Positions 42,083 to 51,608 of a stretch of DNA of 63,455 bases are shown piece by piece (position 1 is the first letter of the stretch; every line of letters starts with the position of its first letter). Both the position numbers and the translations under genes were made by a program. The notes under the pieces were generated by a model, which ran no database searches, was not told where the DNA came from, and saw only the letters and a program-made list of their open reading frames with translations. The stretch is from an uncultured Actinomycetes bacterium. GTDB taxonomy: Bacteria; Actinomycetota; Thermoleophilia; RBG-16-64-13. The stretch lies in the NCBI GenBank assembly GCA_937148845.1, contig CAKZRW010000067.1, positions 1 through 63,455 of the forward strand, in the 5' to 3' direction.

Positions 42083-42514
42083 CTACCGCGGCAGAATGGG
42101 GATCACCACCACCGGCCGTTCGGCGTGGTTGAGGATGTGGCGGCTTATCGAGCCTAATACCAGCTCTTTGATGCCCGCCTGCCTCTTACGAGCAGCCACG
42201 ATCAAAGTGGCATCGCGAGACTCCTCCAAGAACACCGGCCCCGGCTGTCCGCGCACCAATCGGGTCTCGCAAACCACCTCCGGCTCCAGCTCGGCGACCT
42301 TGGCCACTGCCTCGGCCAGCAAGGCTTCGGCGGTTTCACGAAACTCGTCGTACACCTCTTGTCCAGCCACGCCGCCACTCAAGATAGACGCAGGCACGTC
42401 CCACGCCGCGATCAGGCGAAGCGTGGCTTTGCGCAGGGCCGCCTCATGCGCCCCGAACTCAAGCGAGGCCGCCGCCTCCTCGGTGCCGTTGATAAAGACG
42501 GCGACAGTCTCCAT
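42083..42514 (-). CDS. Universal stress protein
   Basis: UspA pattern, LVLGSISRHILNHAERPVVVIP; degenerate ATP-binding motif. Confidence 0.85.
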   Translation of the reverse strand: METVAVFINGTEEAAASLEFGAHEAALRKATLRLIAAWDVPASILSGGVAGQEVYDEFRETAEALLAEAVAKVAELEPEVVCETRLVRGQPGPVFLEESRDATLIVAARKRQAGIKELVLGSISRHILNHAERPVVVIPILPR

Positions 42515-42616
42515 CGATCCCCCTTGTCAGACCAGCCTCCAGCGACACTTTCACTATAGCGGCCGAAAGCCGAAGCGAAAACCGGCTGCTCAGAAGACCC
42601 GGCGAACTGGGAGAAC

Positions 42617-43051
42617 TCAGTCCTTCTTTACCGGAGGCACGATAACCACCGGGCAAGCGGCATGATGCATCACGTGCTGACTGACGGAACCGAGCAGCAG
42701 TTCGGCGAAACCACCCCGGCCCCGCCGGCCCACCACCACCAGGTCGGCGTGTCGGGACTCCTCTACCAAGACTTGGCCCGCGTGACCCTCGCTCACCACC
42801 TCTTCCACGACTAGGCCGGGCTCCACGGCCTTGGCTGCGTTCACACTCTCCGCGGCGATGGCCTGGGCCTCCTCCTGGATGGCTGTGAAAAGGTCGGCCG
42901 CCATCTCCGGACTCACCATCACCACAGGCGGCACCTCCCAGCTGGCCACCACCCGTAGCTTGGCTTTGTGGGCGACAGCCTCCCGGGCTGCGAACTCCAC
43001 GGCCGCATTAGCTCCTGCAGAGCCGTCCGTCCCCACTACGATGGTCTTCAT
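42617..43051 (-). CDS. Universal stress protein
   Basis: MKTIVVGTDGS, VVGRRGRGGFAELLLGSVS, CPVVIV; GAGGAGG RBS. Confidence 0.92.
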   Translation of the reverse strand: MKTIVVGTDGSAGANAAVEFAAREAVAHKAKLRVVASWEVPPVVMVSPEMAADLFTAIQEEAQAIAAESVNAAKAVEPGLVVEEVVSEGHAGQVLVEESRHADLVVVGRRGRGGFAELLLGSVSQHVMHHAACPVVIVPPVKKD

Positions 43052-43173
43052 GGGAAGCACCTCCTCGCGCCACTCGAGGGCACTGTCGAGCCAGTATTCG
43101 TTCCATTACTGCTTCAGGTACCCGGCCCTTGGATGCATCAGTCCTTGGGGATCGGCGGCTTGAGATCGGCGGC

Positions 43174-44235
43174 TCAACCTGCAGCCACGAACCGGGCCAC
43201 CAGGTCGCCTACGTCAGTGGTGCCCATGCCCATCCGCCCGGCGTTCAGCGACTTCATCTTGCTGATAGCGTGGATGATGCCCTGCTCGACCCAGCCGGCT
43301 GCTTCAGACTGTCCCAGGAAGTCCAGCATCATCTGCACCGCCCCGATGGCTGCCAAGGGATTGATGACATTCTTCCCTGTGTACTTGGGCGCAGAGCCAC
43401 CGATAGGCTCGAACATCCCGATCTTGCCCGGATGGATGTTACCACCGGCAGCCACTCCCATCCCGCCCTGGATCATGGCCCCCAGGTCGGTGATGATGTC
43501 GCCGAACATGTTGTCGGTGACGATCACATCAAACCATTCCGGGTTCTTGACGAACCACATGCAGGTAGCATCGACGTGGGCGTACTCCCGCTTGATGTCA
43601 GGGTAGTCGGCGTCGCCGACCTCGTTGAAGGCCCGCCACCAGAGGTCCCAGGCGTAGGTAAGTACGTTGGTCTTGCCCACCAGGGTGAGCTGCCGCCGGC
43701 GGTCGGGACGGCGAGCGTACTCGAAGGCGTAGCGCAGGCAACGCTCCACCCCCAGTCGAGTGTTGACGCTCACCTGAGTGGAGATCTCGTCCGGCGTGCC
43801 CTTCTTGAGGAAGCCCCCCGTGTTGGCGTAAAGACCCTCCGTGTTCTCGCGTACCACCACGAAGTCGATGTCTTCGGGCTCCTTGTCCTTGATGGGCGTC
43901 TCCACTCCGGGAAGCAGCTTGACCGGACGCAGGTTGACGTAGAGGTCGAGAGCGAACCGGGCCTTGAGCAGGATGCCTTGCTCCAGGATGCCGGGCTTGA
44001 CCTCGGGATGACCGATGGCTCCCAAGAAGATGGCGTCGTGGTCAGCCAGTTCGGCTACCGCCGAGTCGGGCAGAGTCTCACCCGTCCGCAAGTAACGTGC
44101 GCCGCCGAAATCATAGTGGGTGAGCTGGTAAGTGAAGCCGGCCCGAGCCGCCGCTGCTGCCAGAACCTTGAGACCTTCCGCCACCACTTCCGGGCCAGTG
44201 CCGTCGCCCGGTATCACCGCGATCCGATAGTCCAC
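43174..44235 (-). CDS. leuB: 3-isopropylmalate dehydrogenase
   Basis: IAVIPGDGTGPEV, VNLRPV, VVRENTEG, TDNMFGDIITD, FEPIGGSAP; follows leuCD; start GTG 44235 or TTG 44277. Confidence 0.92.
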   Translation of the reverse strand: MDYRIAVIPGDGTGPEVVAEGLKVLAAAAARAGFTYQLTHYDFGGARYLRTGETLPDSAVAELADHDAIFLGAIGHPEVKPGILEQGILLKARFALDLYVNLRPVKLLPGVETPIKDKEPEDIDFVVVRENTEGLYANTGGFLKKGTPDEISTQVSVNTRLGVERCLRYAFEYARRPDRRRQLTLVGKTNVLTYAWDLWWRAFNEVGDADYPDIKREYAHVDATCMWFVKNPEWFDVIVTDNMFGDIITDLGAMIQGGMGVAAGGNIHPGKIGMFEPIGGSAPKYTGKNVINPLAAIGAVQMMLDFLGQSEAAGWVEQGIIHAISKMKSLNAGRMGMGTTDVGDLVARFVAAG

Positions 44236-44273
44236 TTCCTGTCCTTTCGTCGTTGGGAGGCGCCGCGGCCGGC

Positions 44274-44774
44274 TCAACCGGCCGCGGCGCGTTTCTTGAG
44301 ATAGGGAAGCAACCCCCCCACCTCCACCAGCTCCCGCATGAAAGGCGGAAGCGGCTGGGCTTGGTAGGTCTTGCCGGTAGTCAGGTTGACGATCTCCCCG
44401 GTGGCAAGGTCCACGGAGAGCTCGTCGCCCCGGTTGGTACCATCCACAGCCTCCGGGGCCACCAGGATGGGCAGCCCGGTGTTGAAGGCATTGCGGTAGA
44501 AGATCCGGGCGAAGCTCTTCGCAATCACCACCGAGACGCCAGCGCCTTTGAGAGCCAGGGGGGCGTGCTCGCGGCTGGACCCGCAGCCGAAGTTCTCCTG
44601 CGCCACCACGATGTCACCGGGCTGGACCTTGCTAGCGAAAGTCGGGTCGGCGTCTTCCATGACGTGAGCGGCCAGCTCCTCGGCCGTCTTCATGTTGAGG
44701 TAACGGGCGGGGATGATGAGGTCAGTGTCGATATCCCGCCCAAAGGTCCAAGCCCTACCCCGCAGCGCCGTCAT
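44274..44774 (-). CDS. leuD: 3-isopropylmalate dehydratase small subunit
   Basis: [33 protein letters not shown]. Confidence 0.94.
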   Translation of the reverse strand: MTALRGRAWTFGRDIDTDLIIPARYLNMKTAEELAAHVMEDADPTFASKVQPGDIVVAQENFGCGSSREHAPLALKGAGVSVVIAKSFARIFYRNAFNTGLPILVAPEAVDGTNRGDELSVDLATGEIVNLTTGKTYQAQPLPPFMRELVEVGGLLPYLKKRAAAG

Positions 44775-46093
44775 GCCTGCCCCCTTTCTCCCGCGACGCC
44801 GGGACCGCCTGCGGGGGTCGCCGGCGCCGCCACCCCGATCTGCTCCGGGGTGGCGATATGTCCTGCCACCGCACTCGCCGCCGCCACGTAAGGGCCGGCC
44901 AGGTAGACCTCCGAGCCCGGGTGGCCCATGCGTCCCACGAAGTTGCGGTTGGTGGTGGCCACTGCCCGCTCCCCTTCCGCCAGGATGCCCATATGCCCGC
45001 CCAGACAGGGCCCACAGGTGGGAGCCGACACCACCCCTTCCGCTTCCACGAACACGTCGAGCAGGCCTTCGTCATTGGCCTGTTGCCAAATGGCCTGCGT
45101 GGCCGGGATGACTATCAGCCGTACATCCTTGTGTACCTTGCGTCCGCGCAGTACCTCTGCCGCCTGGCGCAAGTCCTCGATCCGCCCGTTGGTACAGCTG
45201 CCGATGACCACCTGGTCGATCTTGACGGAGTCGAGTTCCGCCGCTGGCTCGGTGTTGGAGGGAAGATGCGGCTTGGCCACCATGAGCGGTATCTCTTCGG
45301 CCCTCCAGAAATAGGTCTTCTCGTACCAGCAGTCGGGGTCGGAGGTGTAATAACGCGGTTCCCTGCGGAAACGACCCTCCACGTAAGCCCTGGTCACCTC
45401 GTCGGGCGCGATGATCCCGCTCTTCCCCCCGGCCTCGATGGCCATGTTGCAGATGGTGAAGCGCGAGTCCATGGACAAGCCGCGAATAGCCGAGCCTGCG
45501 AACTCCATGGCCTTGTAGAGGGCGCCATCCACCCCTATCTGCCCGATGATGAAAAGGATGACGTCCTTCCCGGTCACGAAGGGCCCCAGACTGCCCTCTA
45601 CGGTGTAACAATGCGTCTCCGGCACGCGAAACCAAGCTTCTCCCGTTGCCATGGCCCCGGCCAGGTCGGTGGAGCCCACCCCGGTGGCAAAGGCTCCCAG
45701 GGCACCGTAGGTACAGGTGTGAGAGTCAGCCCCCACCACCACGTCACCCGGGCCCACCAAACCCTGCTCGGGCAGGAAGGCGTGTTCGATGCCTACCCGG
45801 CCCACATCGTAGAAATGGGTGATGCCGTGCTTGGCGGCAAATTGCCGCATCTGCTTGACCAGGCCGGCTGACTTGATGTCCTTGTTAGGCGTGAAATGAT
45901 CGGGTATAAGGGCGATCTTCTCGGGGTCGAAGACCCTCTCGAATCCGGCTTTCTCGAATTCATCGATGGCGACCGGCGCAGTCACGTCGTTACCGAGGCA
46001 GAGATCCACTTTGGCCATGACCAGGTCTCCCGGAGCCACCCTCTCCTTGCCAGCCGCTCGGGCCAGTATCTTCTCCGTCATGGTCATGCCCAT
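44771..46093 (-). CDS. leuC: 3-isopropylmalate dehydratase large subunit
   Basis: MGMTMTEKILA, GADSHTCTYGA, IGSCTNGR, CGPCLG, TTNRNFVGRMG; GGAGG RBS before ATG 46093. Confidence 0.95.
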   Translation of the reverse strand: MGMTMTEKILARAAGKERVAPGDLVMAKVDLCLGNDVTAPVAIDEFEKAGFERVFDPEKIALIPDHFTPNKDIKSAGLVKQMRQFAAKHGITHFYDVGRVGIEHAFLPEQGLVGPGDVVVGADSHTCTYGALGAFATGVGSTDLAGAMATGEAWFRVPETHCYTVEGSLGPFVTGKDVILFIIGQIGVDGALYKAMEFAGSAIRGLSMDSRFTICNMAIEAGGKSGIIAPDEVTRAYVEGRFRREPRYYTSDPDCWYEKTYFWRAEEIPLMVAKPHLPSNTEPAAELDSVKIDQVVIGSCTNGRIEDLRQAAEVLRGRKVHKDVRLIVIPATQAIWQQANDEGLLDVFVEAEGVVSAPTCGPCLGGHMGILAEGERAVATTNRNFVGRMGHPGSEVYLAGPYVAAASAVAGHIATPEQIGVAAPATPAGGPGVAGERGQA

Positions 46094-46262
46094 GCGCAGT
46101 ACCTCCGATCGTCGATACCCAGAAGCGATTAGAAGCCGCCCGTCACCCGCCCGAGAGCGCGGCAGCCAAAGCAAGCGGGCCAGTCATTGTAGTCCACGCG
46201 GACCTGGCGCGACAACCGCACTGACCCCGGCTTCGCCCCCACCCACAGTACCGCCCGGCTGA

Positions 46263-46319
46263 GGTACGCGGACTTCGGTGGTATACGGACCCCGGTGGTA
46301 CGCGGACCCCGGTGGTATA
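46263..46319. repeat. 17-bp tandem repeat, about 3.4 copies
   Basis: GGTACGCGGACTTCGGT / GGTATACGGACCCCGGT / GGTACGCGGACCCCGGT / GGTATA in the divergent intergenic region. Confidence 0.8.
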
Positions 46320-46433
46320 GTCAGCGGAGGCTGGCTCATACCACTGACTGCGAAGTCGGAGCCCGTTGACTGGTGGCCTCGCTCGGCAGGCCAGCAGAGG
46401 ACCAGGAGACTTGTCCGCCACGCGTCCGGTCGC

Positions 46434-48938
46434 ATGAGACTCATCCGCCGCGCATCTACTCATGAGGTCTGGCCGCTCAGGCCTGACGCGCCTGCGGCCA
46501 CAAAGCTCGTTTACCTCGGGGTAGGTCTCGCCTCGGGCTCCGCTCCAGCTTATGAGATCGTCCTCACCCGCCTCTTCGCCATCGCTCAGGGCTATCACTT
46601 CGCTTTCTTGGTGGTGAGCCTCGCTCTCCTGGGCTTTGGCGCCAGTGGGACTGCTCTGGCCCTAGTGGGCCGAGATACGCGACCGCTTTCCCCGAGCAGT
46701 CTCCCGCTTCTTTCCGCCTTTCTCGCTGCTTCTTTCCCCCTCGCCTACCTGGTGGCCGACTACCTACCGGTGGATCCCTACCGCTTGGCCTGGAGCCTGG
46801 GACAGTCCTTTTGGTTGGCCGGGTATCTCCTCGCCCTGGCCGTCCCTTTCTTCCTGGCCGGTACTGTCCAAGGCTTGGCTCTTTCGTTATGGAGTAGAAG
46901 CGCGACCCGGATCTACGCGGCCAGCCTTGCCGGCTCGGCCTTCGGCTGTGGAGCGGCCCTTGGGGTCTTGAGCGGCGTCACCGCCGAACGGTCCTTGCTC
47001 GTCATCGCTCTGCTTGGCACTGGCGCCACGCTCGCCTTCGCTCTGGCCAGACCGCCGCTCTGCCCGCTCCGTAGCTGGCGGGGAGGGCCGACCGTAGCGA
47101 TCGCGGGCAGCCTGGTGATAGCTGCGGGTCTCGCCCTCTGGCAGGCTCCCTCCTGGTTCGACCTGCGTCTCTCCCCTTACAAGACCCTCGCCCAGATCCT
47201 GCGCTACCCGGACGCACAAGTGGTCGACCAGCGTTCCGATGCTTTCGCGCGCATAGACGTCATCAAGAGTACCAGTCTGCGCTCGGCACCCGGGCTCAGC
47301 CTTGGTTTTCAGGGAGCATTCCCAGAGCAGATCGGGCTGGTGGTAGATGCCGACAACCTCTACACCTTGACACCCCGGGATCAGGTGTCCCGGCAGCTGC
47401 TCGACGCCCTTCCCGTGGCCCTACCCTTCGCCCTGCGACCTGATAGCCAGGTACTGATCATCGAGCCGGGAGGGGGCTTGGATGTCTGGGCGGCCCTCGC
47501 CGGCAGGGCTCGTTCTATCACCGTAGTCGACAAGAACCCGGCTTTGGTGGAGACCATCCGGCAGCAACCAGGTAATCCCTATGCGGAGCCGGGCGTGCGA
47601 GTTGTGACCACAGACCCCCGCGGTTTCCTGGCCCGCACCGCCACCCGCTACGACCTCATCGACCTCGCCCTGAGTACCAACTTCCGCCCAGTGACCGCAG
47701 GAGCCTTCACCCTTTCCGAAGACTATGCCTACACGGTGGAGGCCTTTCGCGCCTACCTGGACCGACTCACCCCTCGAGGGATCCTCGTGGTGCAGCGCTG
47801 GCTGCAGCTTCCACCTTCGGAAGAACTGCAGGCCGGGGCTCTCCTCGTCGAGGCGCTTTACCAAACGGGCGTGAGCCGAGCGGACGAGCACCTGGTGGCG
47901 CTGCGTTCCTTCAATACCATGCTCCTGTTGGCGAAGACGGAACCATGGACCGCGGAGGAGATTGACCAGGTCAGAGAATTCGCGACGAGCCGCCAGTTCG
48001 ACTTGGTCCATTGTCCCGGCCTCAAGCCCGAGGAAACCAACCGCTTCCAGCGACTGCAGTCCGACGTCTACTACGAGTCCTTTAGCAAGTTGCTCGACTC
48101 TCCTGGTCAGCTTTTCGCCGACTATGACTACGACGTCAGACCTCCCCGTGACGACCGCCCCTTCTTCTTTCACTTCTTCAAGTGGCGGCAACTCCCCACG
48201 CTCATCGGCCTCCTAGGCAAGACTTGGCAGCCCTTCGGGGGGACGGGCTACCTCCTCCTGCTAGGACTGCTGGGAGCGGTGGTGGTCATGGCCTTATTCT
48301 TGATCTTGTTGCCGGTCCTGGTCCTCGCCAAACGGGACCGGCTGGCGACCGCAGCGAGCCAGGGGGAAGGCCCCTCTTCAGCCACCCGCCTGTCCCGCTG
48401 GCGCCTCGTAGCTTACTTCTCTGCTGTCGGGTTAGGGTTCCTCCTGGTGGAGATCCCCCTCATCCAGCGCTTCGTGCTCTTGCTCGACTTCCCCGTGCAC
48501 GCCTTCACAATGGTGCTGTTCGGGCTGCTCGTCTTCTCAGGGGTGGGCAGTCTGCTCGCTGAGCGGGTGCCGTGGCGCGCAGCCCTTCTTTTGCTAGCTG
48601 GCCTCATAGTAGCCTATGCCTTGCTGCTCGACCGGGTGGTCTCGTGGCTGCTGCCCTATCCTCTGGCCCTCCGTCTGGGCGTGGCACCGGTCCTTCTTGC
48701 CCCGCTCGGTCTGTTGCTCGGCATCCCCTTTCCCCGCGGCATCGCTCTTCTGCATGCAAGAGCCCACGCCTACATCCCTCTGGCTTGGGGGGTGAACGGA
48801 TTCACCTCCACCCTTTCCGCCATTCTGGCCACCTTGATCGCGCTCTCCTTTGGGTTCCGGTGGGTGCTGCTGGCTGGCGCTCTCGCGTACCTTTGCGCCT
48901 TGAGCCTGGTCCCGCTCTCTTCCCCGCGCCGTCGCTGA
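46434..48938 (+). CDS. Multi-pass membrane protein with central spermidine-synthase-like SAM-binding domain
   Basis: YEIVLTRLF..HFAF..SLALLGFGASG N-terminal TM block, VLIIEPGGGLDV, YTVEAF, DDRPFF, C-terminal TM block with AWGVNG; start uncertain. Confidence 0.8.
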   Translation: MRLIRRASTHEVWPLRPDAPAATKLVYLGVGLASGSAPAYEIVLTRLFAIAQGYHFAFLVVSLALLGFGASGTALALVGRDTRPLSPSSLPLLSAFLAASFPLAYLVADYLPVDPYRLAWSLGQSFWLAGYLLALAVPFFLAGTVQGLALSLWSRSATRIYAASLAGSAFGCGAALGVLSGVTAERSLLVIALLGTGATLAFALARPPLCPLRSWRGGPTVAIAGSLVIAAGLALWQAPSWFDLRLSPYKTLAQILRYPDAQVVDQRSDAFARIDVIKSTSLRSAPGLSLGFQGAFPEQIGLVVDADNLYTLTPRDQVSRQLLDALPVALPFALRPDSQVLIIEPGGGLDVWAALAGRARSITVVDKNPALVETIRQQPGNPYAEPGVRVVTTDPRGFLARTATRYDLIDLALSTNFRPVTAGAFTLSEDYAYTVEAFRAYLDRLTPRGILVVQRWLQLPPSEELQAGALLVEALYQTGVSRADEHLVALRSFNTMLLLAKTEPWTAEEIDQVREFATSRQFDLVHCPGLKPEETNRFQRLQSDVYYESFSKLLDSPGQLFADYDYDVRPPRDDRPFFFHFFKWRQLPTLIGLLGKTWQPFGGTGYLLLLGLLGAVVVMALFLILLPVLVLAKRDRLATAASQGEGPSSATRLSRWRLVAYFSAVGLGFLLVEIPLIQRFVLLLDFPVHAFTMVLFGLLVFSGVGSLLAERVPWRAALLLLAGLIVAYALLLDRVVSWLLPYPLALRLGVAPVLLAPLGLLLGIPFPRGIALLHARAHAYIPLAWGVNGFTSTLSAILATLIALSFGFRWVLLAGALAYLCALSLVPLSSPRRR

Positions 48939-48943
48939 AAAGG

Positions 48944-49747
48944 TCAACGCCCGCCCCGCACCAGGGGCACGAAGATGACGCCGGTGATGTTCTCGGAGAC
49001 CACCTCCCCACCGCTCTTGGTGATCCGCCACAGAGTCTGATAGCCGCCTGGGGGCCCCACCGGGATGACCAGACGTCCCCCGTCCTTCAACTGCTCGATC
49101 AGCGGGGGCGGCACGTGGTCAGGAGCTGCGGTGACGATGATGGCATCGAAGGGAGCATGATCCGGCCAGCCGTAGTAGCCGTCGGCGGTCTTGGTGTGGA
49201 TCTGGGTGTATCCCAGACGCTGGAGACGCTCCGCTGCGCTGGCCGCCAGCTCAGGGATGATCTCTACCGTATAGACCTCGTCGGTCAACTGGGCTAGCAC
49301 TGCCGCCTGGTAGCCGGAGCCGGTCCCGATCTCGAGCACCTTGTCTCCCCGCTCGACGGCAAGCAGCTCCGTCATGAGCGCCACGATGTAGGGTTGACTG
49401 ATGGTCTGGCCGTAGCCGATAGGCAGGGGATGGTCGTCATAGGCCTGCTCGACCTCTTCGGGGGGGACGAACTCATGGCGTGGCACTTGCTCCATGGCCG
49501 CCAAGACTTCCGGGTTTTCAATCCCCCTGATCGCGATCTGGTATTTGACCATGGCTCGCCGCGCCTCGAGGTAGAGGTCGGCGCTCGCCGGTTCGCTTAC
49601 GGAGGTCTCCGTCCCTGCAGAGTGCTCGGCTGGGGACTCACGGCACGCCATGACCCACCAACCAACCCCAAGTAGGGCCGCAAGCAACGCTGGCGCCAGC
49701 CCTCTGGCCAGCGAAAGCCGGGGTGCCGAGCTAGACCGAGACATCAT
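48944..49747 (-). CDS. pcm: Protein-L-isoaspartate O-methyltransferase with N-terminal signal/lipoprotein-like extension
   Basis: VPRHEFVP, PIGYGQTISQPY, VLEIGTGSGYQAA, APFDAIIVTAA, GGRLVIPVG, FVPL; hydrophobic leader ending VMAC; start uncertain. Confidence 0.92.
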   Translation of the reverse strand: MMSRSSSAPRLSLARGLAPALLAALLGVGWWVMACRESPAEHSAGTETSVSEPASADLYLEARRAMVKYQIAIRGIENPEVLAAMEQVPRHEFVPPEEVEQAYDDHPLPIGYGQTISQPYIVALMTELLAVERGDKVLEIGTGSGYQAAVLAQLTDEVYTVEIIPELAASAAERLQRLGYTQIHTKTADGYYGWPDHAPFDAIIVTAAPDHVPPPLIEQLKDGGRLVIPVGPPGGYQTLWRITKSGGEVVSENITGVIFVPLVRGGR

Positions 49748-49828
49748 TACAAGTATACTCGCCAGGCGTGTGAGCCCGGCGGGCAGCGATACCCCTGAGC
49801 GGTCCGGCTCGCGTGCTACCCTACCGCC

Positions 49829-50512
49829 ATGAACCCACTCAGCTCCGGAAGACGAGGACGGATCCTGGCTCTGGTCGGGGTAGTCATCCTCTTCGCCATC
49901 GTGATCGGCGGGCTGCTCCCCAACCTGGTCATCATGGGATTGGCGGCTTCGCACGTAGTGCCCGACCCCGAGGCGGCCCCTTCAGCCCAGGTCGCCATCG
50001 TGCTGGGGGCCAAGGTCTACCCCGACGGCTCTCCCTCGCCCATGTTGGCCGACCGCCTCGAAACCGCCGTCGCCTTGTACAAACAGGGAAAAGTGCGCAA
50101 GCTTCTCCTCTCTGGGGACCACGGCCAGAAGACCTACGATGAAGTGAACGCCATGCTGCAGTACGTACTCGCGAGCGGAGTGCCCTCTCCAGACGTGTTC
50201 ACCGATCACGCCGGATTCAGCACCTACGAGACGATGTACCGGGCCCGGGACGTGTTCCAGGTCACTCAGGCCCTGGTGGTCACTCAGCGTTTCCATCTTG
50301 CCCGGGCTGTGTACACGGCCCGCTGCCTGGGTCTGGAGGCCACGGGAGTGGAAGCCGACCTTCGCCCCTATTTCGACGAGACCCGCTTCTCTCTCAGGGA
50401 GTGGCCCGCCCGGATGAAGGCTTTCCTTGAGTTGCACCTGACCAAGCCGGAACCTACCTACCTGGGCCCGCCCCTTCCTATCGATGGCGACGGGCGGGCC
50501 ACGCGGGGATGA
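49829..50512 (+). CDS. SanA/YdcF (ElyC) family protein
   Basis: N-terminal TM, AIVLGA, LADRL, LLSGD, DHAGFSTYE, VTQRFHLARA, RE. Confidence 0.9.
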   Translation: MNPLSSGRRGRILALVGVVILFAIVIGGLLPNLVIMGLAASHVVPDPEAAPSAQVAIVLGAKVYPDGSPSPMLADRLETAVALYKQGKVRKLLLSGDHGQKTYDEVNAMLQYVLASGVPSPDVFTDHAGFSTYETMYRARDVFQVTQALVVTQRFHLARAVYTARCLGLEATGVEADLRPYFDETRFSLREWPARMKAFLELHLTKPEPTYLGPPLPIDGDGRATRG

Positions 50513-50524
50513 AGGAGTGGCTCC

Positions 50525-51337
50525 ATGGACCTTTCGCTGAACCTCTCGCAGCGTTCTCGAGCCGAAGCGCGACCACGACGGCTGGTCACCATCACTTTCG
50601 ACCTCTGGAACACCATCTACTCCGCCGATGGACCGACAGGGGCAGTGGTGCGTTCGGCCCGCATGAGACTGGTGAAGCAGGCTCTCGCTCAACATGGTCT
50701 CCAGCCGGGCGAGCCGGAGGTGGAGGCCGCGTATCGCAGCGGTTACGATGCCTATATGGCAGCCTGGACCAGCGGCCGTCATTTCGGCGCCCGCGAACAG
50801 GTCCTTCACATTCTGAGCTACTTTGAGCTGCCTGAGGCGGCCCATGACCAAGAAGTGATAAAGGAGACCGCTCAAGCTATCGAGGAGACAGCCCGTCTTT
50901 GCCCGCCGACGCTTCTACCGGGCGTTCGCGAGGTGATCCCAGCCCTCGCTGCAGCTGGTTACCGCTTGGGCCTCATCTCCGACACCAGTCTCACTCCAGG
51001 ACGCGTCCTTCGGGAGTTTCTTGAAAAGGACGGTCTGGCCGAGCACTTCACGGCGCTTACCTTCTCGGATGAGACCGGTTTCCCCAAACCCGATCCCCGG
51101 ATGTTCCGGCTCACTCTCGCCAGCCTCGGCTGCGAAGAGGACCCGGCAGTGGCTCCCGGCGAAGCTGCTCACATAGGCGATACTCCCCGCACGGACATCG
51201 CCGGCGCCCAAGCCGTAGGGATGATCGCCGTGCGCTACACAGGAGTGAACGACCACCAAGAACCGCCGCCGGCCGATTTCGTCATCGGCCATCATAGGGA
51301 GCTGCCCGAGCTGTTACTGCGCCTAGAAAAGAGATAG
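50525..51337 (+). CDS. HAD-superfamily hydrolase
   Basis: TFDLWNT, LISDT, KPDPRMF, HIGDTPRTDIAGA. Confidence 0.88.
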   Translation: MDLSLNLSQRSRAEARPRRLVTITFDLWNTIYSADGPTGAVVRSARMRLVKQALAQHGLQPGEPEVEAAYRSGYDAYMAAWTSGRHFGAREQVLHILSYFELPEAAHDQEVIKETAQAIEETARLCPPTLLPGVREVIPALAAAGYRLGLISDTSLTPGRVLREFLEKDGLAEHFTALTFSDETGFPKPDPRMFRLTLASLGCEEDPAVAPGEAAHIGDTPRTDIAGAQAVGMIAVRYTGVNDHQEPPPADFVIGHHRELPELLLRLEKR

Positions 51338-51380
51338 CTCCCGGCCCCGTTCGCAGACCCGGAGAAACTGCAGTTGGCGC

Positions 51381-51480
51381 GACGGGACCCTGGTCTGCGG
51401 GCAAGGTCCTAGGTTCGGGGGCAAGGCGCCAGGTTTAGCGCAGGGGGCTAGGTTCACGGGGAAACGTCCTGGGTTCGGCA
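51381..51480. repeat. Degenerate ~20-bp tandem repeat, about 5 copies
   Basis: GACGGGACCCTGGTCTGCGG / GCAAGGTCCTAGGTTCGGGG / GCAAGGCGCCAGGTTTAGCG / CAGGGGGCTAGGTTCACGGG / GAAACGTCCTGGGTTCGGCA. Confidence 0.5.
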
Positions 51481-51608
51481 GGAATGTTTAGTAACTCAAT
51501 AAGCTTAGTATAATATAGGCGAGTGAGAGCGTAACGGATTGAAGACCACCACAAGCCTGAGGGGAAGCGCGCCCGACGGCAAGCGGAGGCAGAGGCAAGG
51601 GAGCGCGA

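Noticed and set aside
43129-45871. Long plus-strand ORFs (43129-44304, 44858-45871)
   Set aside because: Antisense shadows of leuB and leuC
46100-46430. Leucine attenuator or T-box upstream of leuC
   Set aside because: No Leu-codon-rich leader with terminator and no T-box consensus could be identified by eye
49748-49954. Extended pcm N-terminus from the track start at 49954
   Set aside because: Overlaps the divergent sanA-like gene that starts at 49829
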